DNA of 64,000 nt from a virus (taxonomy: Duplodnaviria; Caudoviricetes): positions 5,901 to 69,900 of the IMG/VR virus record IMGVR_UViG_3300016467_000657; one strand, written 5' to 3'. How positions within the stretch are numbered: position 1 is the first letter of the stretch; the number at the start of each line of letters is the position of its first letter. A program made the position numbers and the translations under genes. Below the pieces are notes generated by a model. That model did not search any database. It worked only from the letters and a program-made list of their open reading frames with translations, and was not told the origin of the DNA. Below, one piece after another: positions 1 through 7,997 of the stretch.

Positions 1-1000
1 CAGTGTCGGCAAAACTGTCTATCACTGTTGGTGAATTTATACCAGTTACTTCGTTGGTCACTACTGTAGCAGGTGTTCCCGAAGTGTTGATGACCAGTTC
101 TTTTGTCGTAGTTGTTTTGTCAACGGTAAGAGAACCTGTGATGGATACACTTCCTGTGAATTGGTGCTTGTTCGTGAGATTATTACCAAAAACATTGCTG
201 CCAGAAGCATATATTATCGAAGATGTTACTGTTACAACATTAAGGTTTGTTACTTGAATGGAAGACGCCGTGATTTGTGTGACGTTGATATTGATTCCAG
301 TCAACAAACTTTCTGCCTTTGTTGCATATGATGCAGTTCCAGCAAACTGACTTGTGTTTGTGATGTTGCTTACATATTGATAAGGAACATCCAAAGCAGT
401 TTCAGCGGTTGAAGCATATGATGCAGTACCAATGAATGTGTCTGTTGTAGTTTCATCAACATTTGACCACGATATATAAGAAGCCGTACCAGCAAACGTA
501 TCTGTGTTCTTATCATCGACCCCCGCCCATCCAATATACGACGATGTCTTTGCAAGCATTGCATACGAAGCCGTGCCAGCAAATGTGTCGGTGGTTGATT
601 CATCCACGTTTACCCAAGCGACATATGACGCAGTACCAAGGAACGTGTCGGTGTTTGATTCGTTGACATTTGCCCAATCAATGTAAGAAGATGTCTTGGC
701 AAGCATCGCGTAGGATGCGGTTCCAGCAAATTGACTTGTGTTGGTATTGTCAACCCCAGACCAATTAACGTAAGACGCGGTTTGTGCATTGTATGCCCAC
801 GAAGATGTTGCAGGCAATCCAATGACATAAGATGCGCTAAGAGCATGTGATGCTGTAACCGCCCAACTTGATGTTAGGTATGCATTACTGCCCGTGATGC
901 TACCTATTACGGTCAAACTTCCTGTTACAACCGCATTGTTTTGTACGGTGGTGTCTCCGCGTACAATCAGACCATTTCTTACGATAAGTTCATTGCTCAT
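1..1000 (-). CDS. Partial (runs off the left edge) Ser/Thr-rich repeat virion/fibre-like protein; missing from the supplied ORF track
   Basis: ATG at 998-1000 opens a minus-strand frame with no stop to position 1: MSNELIVRNGLIVRG... TASY repeats ...VIDSFADT. The N-terminus parallels ORF 1055-1474 (MDNFFIVQNGLVV) and the last residues parallel that ORF's VIDSF domain start. A late-type motif lies upstream. Confidence 0.8.
   Translation of the reverse strand, partial: MSNELIVRNGLIVRGDTTVQNNAVVTGSLTVIGSITGSNAYLTSSWAVTASHALSASYVIGLPATSSWAYNAQTASYVNWSGVDNTNTSQFAGTASYAMLAKTSSYIDWANVNESNTDTFLGTASYVAWVNVDESTTDTFAGTASYAMLAKTSSYIGWAGVDDKNTDTFAGTASYISWSNVDETTTDTFIGTASYASTAETALDVPYQYVSNITNTSQFAGTASYATKAESLLTGININVTQITASSIQVTNLNVVTVTSSIIYASGSNVFGNNLTNKHQFTGSVSITGSLTVDKTTTTKELVINTSGTPATVVTNEVTGINSPTVIDSFADT
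330..781 (-). repeat. Coding tandem repeats T(D/S)(T/Q)F(A/L/I)GTASY, about 6 copies with 20-30 aa spacing
   Basis: Translation shows TSQFAGTASY, TDTFLGTASY, TDTFAGTASY (x2), TDTFIGTASY, TSQFAGTASY. Confidence 0.8.
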
Positions 1001-1022
1001 AGGTTAGGTGTTTTTTATATAT

Positions 1023-1031
1023 TATAAATAT
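1023..1031 (-). promoter_or_regulatory. Putative late promoter ATATTTATA
   Basis: Exact motif, 22 nt before the ATG at 1000. Confidence 0.6.
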
Positions 1032-1054
1032 ACGATGGTCTATGAAAATGGTTT

Positions 1055-1474
1055 TTATATCACGAATCTAAGCATTTTTATCGTCCATGATCCTGTTTGA
1101 GGATATGCCACCAATCTTACATTACCTCCGTTTATATTGACTGACATGAAAGTGGGCACCGATCCAAGTGCGTTGGTGGTATACTCAGCATGATTTGCAT
1201 TGTTTGTGATGGGATCCCATATCGCCAACATTTCACTGGTTTTGAAATTCGATCCACTGCCAATAGAGAGTAGCCATTTTGCTGTATTTCCCCATTCTTT
1301 ACTGAACGAATCTATGACAGTGGATGTGTTTTCTGGCGCGGTTGACACACTACAATTCATATATGCCATTGAATTGTTTGTGGTGAGTAGCAATTGATAT
1401 GAACCGGATGCACTTCCAGTCACATAACTTGAATTTACCACCAACCCATTTTGAACTATGAAGAAATTATCCAT
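1055..1474 (-). CDS. Hypothetical virion protein carrying the ~90-aa C-terminal domain shared with ORF 1484-2881
   Basis: 139-aa ORF; VIDSF..GNTAKWLLSI..NFKTSE..GSVP..MSV..LVAYP..GSWTIKMLRF aligns by eye with the C-terminus of the adjacent gene. Confidence 0.8.
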   Translation of the reverse strand: MDNFFIVQNGLVVNSSYVTGSASGSYQLLLTTNNSMAYMNCSVSTAPENTSTVIDSFSKEWGNTAKWLLSIGSGSNFKTSEMLAIWDPITNNANHAEYTTNALGSVPTFMSVNINGGNVRLVAYPQTGSWTIKMLRFVI

Positions 1475-1483
1475 AACAAAAAA

Positions 1484-2881
1484 TTACACCATGAATCTGA
1501 TCATCTTCAACGTCCATGTGCCAGACAACGGAGTTGCAACAAGACTGATTGAACCAGAAACGGCATTTGTCACGGACATATGAACTGGCACACTTCCGAT
1601 TTGATTGACTTCTGTATTGTTGAATTTGACCGTGTAATTGTTCCAGCTTGCCACCACTTCCGTTGTCTTGAAATTGAGATCACCGTCATTGATCGAAACA
1701 AGCCATCTTGCCGCATTGCCTAATTCAATTGGAATATTATCAACAAGAGCGGAACCAGAATCTGGGTTGACTCCCGTGATGATATTTGTTCCGATGGAAC
1801 CTGTGGCACCAGCTTCTCCATTGATGGTAATGCCACTGAAATTTCCATTCAATTCCGAAAAATTGACATAGCTTGCAGTTGTTGCATAATTTGCTATATT
1901 TGCTGTTCCAGCAGCATTTGCATAATTTGCGATCTGAGTGATGCCAGGGAATCCACCAAATGCTGACACAGCAGGTGACTTCATTTGAACAGGTGTTGCT
2001 GAACCAAGTTCTGTTGTTCTTGCATTTAAATTTTCTGTGACAACTTCTGTGGTGAAAAGTATCTTTCTTGGTGTGAATGCTTTTTGTACTACACTCTTGT
2101 AATTTTCATATTTGTCTGGCAGCAAATATGCATAGCACAACAGTGTAAATGTGCTTCTTACAAGTCTGTCATTACCAGCATCAGTTGCGGTTTCAAAACT
2201 ATAATCACTGATGCTTGTTCTGAATTTGAATTTTTTCTTGTCTCCCCAATAATCTTCAGTTGAAAAATTAATTGCTTCGACGATGGCATTACCTTGTTCA
2301 ACAAGTTCTGTCCATACAATGAATTCATAATTCACAATAACATGATCTGGCATTGCTACACTGTATATTTCCTTTGTTGGCGCAAATCCATGCATGACAC
2401 TGAACTTGTCATACTTGTTTTTTTCGCTGAATTTCTTCTGTACAGGATATTGAAGATATCTGTTTAGAGTTATCAGCTGATCATTTCTTTGCATGGTGCT
2501 GCGGCGAAATGCTATTGCAGGTGTTTGTACTTTTCCATTTTTGTCACGAATGGCTCCATCTTTTCTTATTGCTTTCCATCTTTCTGGTGAAGCATAATTG
2601 ATTGGTACTTTGATTTGTCGTCCTGAATCAACAATCGTTGGACTGATGACTGTATCAAGATAACTTAGTATGGTTGAATCAACATCAACAAGTTTGACGG
2701 AAAAGTTTTTCTGATTATCCGTGTCTCTGCGAACATCAAACGCTCTGTTTGGTTTGTAATTTGGTCCAACCGCAGCTTCAGCAACTGGTTTTTTGGAGTC
2801 AGACATTTCTGGCCCATAATTCACAGCATTAGGGACAGGTTTATTGACCGTTGGTCTTTGAGTTGGTCCGCGCCATGCCAT
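1484..2881 (-). CDS. Tail completion/sheath stabiliser (T4 gp15-like) with a C-terminal extension
   Basis: IKVPINYASPERW...TPAIAFRR..MQRND and HVIVNYEFIVWT resemble gp15-family proteins; follows the gp14-like gene. Confidence 0.65.
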   Translation of the reverse strand: MAWRGPTQRPTVNKPVPNAVNYGPEMSDSKKPVAEAAVGPNYKPNRAFDVRRDTDNQKNFSVKLVDVDSTILSYLDTVISPTIVDSGRQIKVPINYASPERWKAIRKDGAIRDKNGKVQTPAIAFRRSTMQRNDQLITLNRYLQYPVQKKFSEKNKYDKFSVMHGFAPTKEIYSVAMPDHVIVNYEFIVWTELVEQGNAIVEAINFSTEDYWGDKKKFKFRTSISDYSFETATDAGNDRLVRSTFTLLCYAYLLPDKYENYKSVVQKAFTPRKILFTTEVVTENLNARTTELGSATPVQMKSPAVSAFGGFPGITQIANYANAAGTANIANYATTASYVNFSELNGNFSGITINGEAGATGSIGTNIITGVNPDSGSALVDNIPIELGNAARWLVSINDGDLNFKTTEVVASWNNYTVKFNNTEVNQIGSVPVHMSVTNAVSGSISLVATPLSGTWTLKMIRFMV

Positions 2882-2883
2882 AA

Positions 2884-3357
2884 TCAGTCATTCCTTTCCA
2901 TTATATTCAACGAAGTATACTTCGTGTAATGTGTGTTGCAGATGATGCTGTGTGATTTGTCTGGTTGACCACCAAGCAATTGTTCCTGCACCACATTATC
3001 TATTTCGTAGTAACGATCATTGAAGAAGACCACATCACCAATTTCAGGATAAAACTGCAACTGCTTCAACATTTCTTCGCGCATCTTGAAGATGTAATCT
3101 TGTCTTCTGTTTGGACCAAAATCATCATATTCAGCTTCCATGTCACTGCGTTCAATAAGTGCTGAAATTTGAATGGCTGGCAAATACCACTTGCCAGATT
3201 CAGATGAAGTTTCTCCATATATATTTGTCTTTGTTTCATTAGGGCAGATCTTGTATATCTGAATGATATTCTCAATAATGTCACCCATCAGTTCAGCATT
3301 GAACTGAGCTACCATTTTTAGGTCACGTGCCGAGAAATATCTGCCTTTTAATCCCAT
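2884..3357 (-). CDS. Neck/head-completion protein (T4 gp14-like)
   Basis: 157 aa; PEIGDVVFFNDRYYEIDNV head-closure-type motif; lies in gp13-gp14-gp15 order. Confidence 0.65.
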   Translation of the reverse strand: MGLKGRYFSARDLKMVAQFNAELMGDIIENIIQIYKICPNETKTNIYGETSSESGKWYLPAIQISALIERSDMEAEYDDFGPNRRQDYIFKMREEMLKQLQFYPEIGDVVFFNDRYYEIDNVVQEQLLGGQPDKSHSIICNTHYTKYTSLNIMERND

Positions 3358-3361
3358 ATAA

Positions 3362-3997
3362 TTAAGTATTAGCGATCAACTTGTTATTGTCTGTAAGTTG
3401 TGCGGTTTTTACTTCAGAATACAATTTAAGCAGATCATCGCCATATTCGCCACCAAGCAATTGAGTGCCTTCTGGCACCAATCCAATGGATTGCAACATC
3501 TGTATTGTTTGTGGATTGCTCATGGCATTCAATAGTTTTGCTGGACTTGGACGACCATTGGCAATAATTTCTGCTTGTAATTCTCTACCAACAGTAACAG
3601 TGAATTCATAATTTGCATTAGCTTCAAACATTTGATCATCTGTGTACCCTGGTATTCTGGTTGGTTCACAGATCTCGTAAAGTTCAGCAATTAATTTTTC
3701 AAGTATCTCAATTTCTTTACGATTAAGTTCAAATGCATGCTTTTGATCATCCAAGTGAGATTCAAGTTCTATGATCTCTGCTTCAAGATTAAGCAATATA
3801 TGCGGCAATGCTGGAACTGTTTTTAGATGTTTATATTCTTCCAACTTTGCTTTGTATTTTAGTTCTGCGCATTTTTCCAATGCCGCAGCACGTTTGCGAC
3901 CAACCAAAAACCCTTTTAGGGTCTTGAGTTTTTCCCAAGGAGTAGAACCAATTACTTGGTATCTATAGTTGAATTCTGAATTTAGATTTGATGCCAT
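3362..3997 (-). CDS. Hypothetical helical/coiled-coil protein
   Basis: 211-aa ORF filling the gap between the propeller genes and the gp14-like gene; charged helical middle region. Confidence 0.8.
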   Translation of the reverse strand: MASNLNSEFNYRYQVIGSTPWEKLKTLKGFLVGRKRAAALEKCAELKYKAKLEEYKHLKTVPALPHILLNLEAEIIELESHLDDQKHAFELNRKEIEILEKLIAELYEICEPTRIPGYTDDQMFEANANYEFTVTVGRELQAEIIANGRPSPAKLLNAMSNPQTIQMLQSIGLVPEGTQLLGGEYGDDLLKLYSEVKTAQLTDNNKLIANT

Positions 3998-4033
3998 AAT
4001 ATTTTATATAACGTTTATTGTTTATCTGAAAAA

Positions 4034-4058
4034 TTGTTTATGTTAGTGAATATCCTGC
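4034..4058. repeat. 25-bp exact direct repeat, copy 1
   Basis: ttgtttatgttagtgaatatcctgc at 4034-4058 is identical to 6026-6050; covers the stop and last codons of both propeller genes. Confidence 0.9.
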
Positions 4059-6002
4059 TGCGGCCAGTCCGAATCTTGTAGTTGGATTGGAATTATATGT
4101 ATTTGACGCGACCACACCCGTATTACTGACAAGATTTGTATAACTATATCTACTTGCATTCAATGCCCCAAATCCAAATATGGCTTTATCACCACCATAT
4201 CCAGCAGCGGCCAACCAACCTCTTTCTAGAACATCGTTCACCCCACCTATGTAACCATAATAGTTAGCGGTGTCCGATGCAATTACTCCTGTGTTGGAAA
4301 CTAAATTGGTTTGTCTTTTATATGAACCGTCGCCTATTCCAAATCCAATTATACCTTTATCTCCTCCATAATTTGCTCCAGCGCCTTGTGTCTTTTCAGT
4401 GCCAGCAGCGGCGCTTGTATCAGACGCAACAACTCCAGTGTTGCTCACAAGATTGACTGTTAACAGTGCAGTATTGCTACTATTCAATTGACCATATACA
4501 AACATAGCTTTATCACCACCATATCCAGTCGTAGCAAGGTTGTATCTACTTGAACCAACACCTGTTGTATCAGTAGCCACAACTCCCGTGTTACTAACTA
4601 GATTTGTCATTGATACTCTTTCACTGGCAGACGGATTGCCGTAAACCGTTGATCCATATCCAAATATCGCTTTATCTATTCCATAACTTACCGCACCGAG
4701 CTTATTTCTAGATGTTCCTACTCCAGACGAATCATTAGCCACAACGCCGGTGTTGCTGACAAGGTTTTTTATATTAGTCGATCCGGCTACGACTCCATAC
4801 GCAAATATAGCTTTATCTCCTCCATACCCAGCAGCACCTAAATGTGCTCTTGCAGTACCAACACCGGCAACATCATTGCCAAGAACTCCTGTATTACTTA
4901 CCAAATTCGTGATTGATTGATAATTTCCAGCATCACCATATCCAAATATTGCTCTTTGAGTTGGACTATAAACAACAGGTCCAGGAGGTATTATAAATCC
5001 TATTCTGCTATTAGAAGTATTATTGTTTCTGTTTATAAAATTCATTTTAGGCACAGCGGGTGCTGTGGTAGAAAACCCTGCTGCGGCCAATCCACTTCTT
5101 GCAGTTCCCACTCCGGCTGTATCCGTCGCCACAACTCCAGAGTTATTTACACGATTTGTAATTGAATATCCAGTAGGACTGCCACCTCCATAACCAAAAA
5201 TTGCTTTATCTCCTCCGTAACTAGAAGCGGCTAACATATATCGCCCAGTTCCAACACCAGTTGTATCAGATAGTACGACTCCAGTGTTGGTCACTGTATT
5301 AGTCATAGAAAGGTAATTTGGTGCCTGTTCACCATACCCAAATATTGCGTTGCCATCGCCATAGCTCGCGGCTGCTAACCAACTTCGTGAAGTTCCAACA
5401 CCAGCCACATCGTTTGCCACAACTCCTGTATTGGTTACAAGATTTGTTTTGTGCCCGTTTCCATTGGTATTTCCGTATCCAAAAATGGCCTTATCTCCTC
5501 CGTATCCTGCCGCAGCCAATCCTTGTCTTGCCGTTCCAACACCAGACACATCGCTTGCCACAACTCCTGTGTTACTTACAAGATTTGTCATTTTAAGAAA
5601 AAGGTAATTATTGTTATTATCAACAACGTTTCCATAACCAAAAATAGCTTTGTCTGAACCATAAGTAGCCGCCGCCAAGTGTCTTCTTGCAGTTCCAACG
5701 CCTGTTGTATCAGTTGCCACAACGCCCGTATTACTAACAAGATTGGTGATGGCGGTAAATCCACCAGATACAGATGAAATTCCATAACCAAAAATAGCCT
5801 TGTCCCCACCATATCCAGCAGCAGCAAGTGCTTCTCTCGTTGCTCCCACCCCAGTTACATCATTGGAAACTATTCCCGTGTTGCTAACAATGTTTGTCAT
5901 TGATACTTGACCCGATACACTACTCCCATATCCAAATATGGCATTCTGCACTCCTTGTCCAGTAATAGGATTATTGTTTCTATTTGTATACTTGATTGGC
6001 AT
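4038..6002 (-). CDS. Double Kelch-like beta-propeller repeat protein (6+6 repeats), likely adhesin/receptor-binding
   Basis: 654 aa; twelve ~47-57-aa repeats AIFGYG-[variable]-TNLVSNTGVVATDTTGVGTARxxLAAAGYGxDK in two blocks of six separated by a ~36-aa linker. Confidence 0.8.
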   Translation of the reverse strand: MPIKYTNRNNNPITGQGVQNAIFGYGSSVSGQVSMTNIVSNTGIVSNDVTGVGATREALAAAGYGGDKAIFGYGISSVSGGFTAITNLVSNTGVVATDTTGVGTARRHLAAATYGSDKAIFGYGNVVDNNNNYLFLKMTNLVSNTGVVASDVSGVGTARQGLAAAGYGGDKAIFGYGNTNGNGHKTNLVTNTGVVANDVAGVGTSRSWLAAASYGDGNAIFGYGEQAPNYLSMTNTVTNTGVVLSDTTGVGTGRYMLAASSYGGDKAIFGYGGGSPTGYSITNRVNNSGVVATDTAGVGTARSGLAAAGFSTTAPAVPKMNFINRNNNTSNSRIGFIIPPGPVVYSPTQRAIFGYGDAGNYQSITNLVSNTGVLGNDVAGVGTARAHLGAAGYGGDKAIFAYGVVAGSTNIKNLVSNTGVVANDSSGVGTSRNKLGAVSYGIDKAIFGYGSTVYGNPSASERVSMTNLVSNTGVVATDTTGVGSSRYNLATTGYGGDKAMFVYGQLNSSNTALLTVNLVSNTGVVASDTSAAAGTEKTQGAGANYGGDKGIIGFGIGDGSYKRQTNLVSNTGVIASDTANYYGYIGGVNDVLERGWLAAAGYGGDKAIFGFGALNASRYSYTNLVSNTGVVASNTYNSNPTTRFGLAAAGYSLT

Positions 6003-6016
6003 ATAACTTATGGTAA

Positions 6017-6025
6017 GATAAATAT
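6017..6025 (-). promoter_or_regulatory. Putative late promoter ATATTTATC
   Basis: One mismatch, 14 nt before the ATG at 6002. Confidence 0.5.
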
Positions 6026-6050
6026 TTGTTTATGTTAGTGAATATCCTGC
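6026..6050. repeat. 25-bp exact direct repeat, copy 2
   Basis: Identical to 4034-4058; spacing 1992 bp. Confidence 0.9.
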
Positions 6051-7994
6051 CGCTGCCGGTCCATGTCTGGTTGTGCCAACGCCGGTAGTATCAGTCGCAA
6101 CAACACCTGTGTTACTTACGAGATTGGTCATTGATAACACTGTATAATTATAAGAAGCCCCGTAACCAAAAATAGCTTTATCGCTGCCGTAACCAGCCGC
6201 TGCCAACTCTTGTCTAGCAGTTCCAACGCCAGTTGTATCAGTTGCAACAACACCTGTGTTACTTACGAGATTGGTCATAGATAATGTGTTGTCAGACTGC
6301 GTACTTCCATACCCAAAAATAGCTTTATCGCTGCCGTAACCAGCCGCTGCTAAACGTCCTCTAGCTGTACCGACCCCTGTTGTATCAGTTGCCACAACAC
6401 CTGTGTTACTGACTAGATTTGTCATTGATACTGGAGTGCCGCCGTTGCCCAATGACCCGTATCCAAATATGGCTTTATCTGTTCCATATCCTGCTGCTGC
6501 TGGACTAACTCTAGCAGTACCAACGCCCGCTGTATCTGTTGCCACGACTCCTGTATTACTTACTAGGTTTGTAATTGCGGTATATTCTGAATTTGGTAAT
6601 GACCCGTATCCAAATATGGCTTTATCTGTTCCATATCCTGCTGCTGCCAATTGGCTTCTTGCTGTTCCAACCCCCACGGTATCAGTCGCCACAACGCCAG
6701 TATTGCTGACCAGATTGGTTACAGAAACCCGATTCGGATAAGATTGAGAATACCCATACCCAAATATAGCCTTGTCCGTACCATATCCTGCTGCTGCTAG
6801 AGTAACTCTAGCAGTACCAACACCCGTTGTATCAGTTGCCACTACACCTGTGTTACTTACCAAATTTGTAAGGGAATAATAAATTCCAGAACCGTAACCA
6901 TATCCAAATATTGCTTTTTGAGTTGCTGAAGAAGCAGCCGACACAGTTGCTATTTTAAATCCCAATCTTGCAGTTGAAGTATTATTGCTTATGTTGCTAA
7001 ATTTCATTCCACCGGAAACAAGTATATTTGTAGTCAAATCTGCGGTCATAACTCTTCCTGCGCCGGGAGAGATATTACTTCCGTTTTGTGAAATTCCAAC
7101 AAAAGATCCACTGGCATACGTTATATTTACCCATTGATTTTGTTCTGGCGCAGACCTTGCTGTCCAAGTTATTCCGTCTGTTGAGGACATGATTCTATTT
7201 GTTCCATCTACCGCCACTGCCACAAACATACCATTTCCATATGATACTTTTATCCAACTATTGGCTTCAGCCGCAGATCTTGCTGTCCAAGTTATTCCAT
7301 CCGTTGAAGTCATGACTCGGTTGGCTCCGTCTTGTGCAACGGCTACAAATAATCCGTTTCCGTATACTGCACCAGACCAACCATTGGCTTCAGCCGCAGA
7401 TCTTGCTGTCCAAGTTATTCCATCCGTTGAAGTCATGACTCGGTTGGCTCCGTCTTGTGCAACGGCTACAAATAATCCGTTTCCGTATGTAACATCTCGC
7501 CAAGTATTATTTTCCGCAGCAGATCTTGCTGTCCAAGTTATTCCGTCTGTTGAAGTCATGACTCGGTTGGTTCCGTTACCTGAAACAGCCACAAATAATC
7601 CGTTTCCGTATGTAACACTATACCAAGTATTGGCTACAGGATTTGCATTTCTAGTTGTCCAAGTTATTCCATCAGGAGATGTCATTACCTTTCCAGACGA
7701 TCCTCCAGAGGTACTAGAAACAGCCACGAATAATCCGTTTCCGTATGTAACACTAAACCAATTATCTGATCCATATTGAGGATTAAGAGCATCTGACCTA
7801 GATGTCCAAGTTATTCCATTTGGAGATGTCATTACTCTGTTTGTTCCTGAAGAATATGCCGTTGCAACAAATAAGCCATTTCCATATGTAATACCTCTCC
7901 AACCACTATTTTCAGACGCGTCCCTTCCAACAAAACTTCCAAGCGAAGTGGATGTTGTAGAAATTGTATTTATGTTTCTATATTTCAATGGCAT
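6030..7994 (-). CDS. Two-propeller protein: N-terminal 7 Asp-box/BNR-like repeats plus C-terminal 6 Kelch-like repeats
   Basis: 654 aa; W..VTYGNGLFVAV..G.NRVMTS.DGITWT x7 (last one degenerate), then AIFGYG..TNLVSNTGVVATDT.GVGTAR..AAAGY x6. Confidence 0.8.
   Translation of the reverse strand: MPLKYRNINTISTTSTSLGSFVGRDASENSGWRGITYGNGLFVATAYSSGTNRVMTSPNGITWTSRSDALNPQYGSDNWFSVTYGNGLFVAVSSTSGGSSGKVMTSPDGITWTTRNANPVANTWYSVTYGNGLFVAVSGNGTNRVMTSTDGITWTARSAAENNTWRDVTYGNGLFVAVAQDGANRVMTSTDGITWTARSAAEANGWSGAVYGNGLFVAVAQDGANRVMTSTDGITWTARSAAEANSWIKVSYGNGMFVAVAVDGTNRIMSSTDGITWTARSAPEQNQWVNITYASGSFVGISQNGSNISPGAGRVMTADLTTNILVSGGMKFSNISNNTSTARLGFKIATVSAASSATQKAIFGYGYGSGIYYSLTNLVSNTGVVATDTTGVGTARVTLAAAGYGTDKAIFGYGYSQSYPNRVSVTNLVSNTGVVATDTVGVGTARSQLAAAGYGTDKAIFGYGSLPNSEYTAITNLVSNTGVVATDTAGVGTARVSPAAAGYGTDKAIFGYGSLGNGGTPVSMTNLVSNTGVVATDTTGVGTARGRLAAAGYGSDKAIFGYGSTQSDNTLSMTNLVSNTGVVATDTTGVGTARQELAAAGYGSDKAIFGYGASYNYTVLSMTNLVSNTGVVATDTTGVGTTRHGPAAAGYSLT
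7261..7488. repeat. 123-bp-period coding tandem repeat with two 105-bp identical tracts
   Basis: 7261-7365 is identical to 7384-7488; related copies flank it. Confidence 0.9.
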
Positions 7995-7997
7995 AAA

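Noticed and set aside
6403-7779. Plus-strand ORFs 6403-6741 and 7189-7779
   Set aside because: Antisense shadows of the repetitive minus-strand gene, with no promoter or start context
6030-7900. CRISPR-like repeat-spacer array suggested by regular DNA repeats
   Set aside because: The repeats are long, in-frame, degenerate at codon third positions and encode protein blades; no cas genes
4038-7994. Diversity-generating retroelement acting on the propeller genes (Asn-rich NNNN loop, variable positions)
   Set aside because: No reverse transcriptase and no non-coding template repeat in the window; differences between blades include indels and are not confined to adenines
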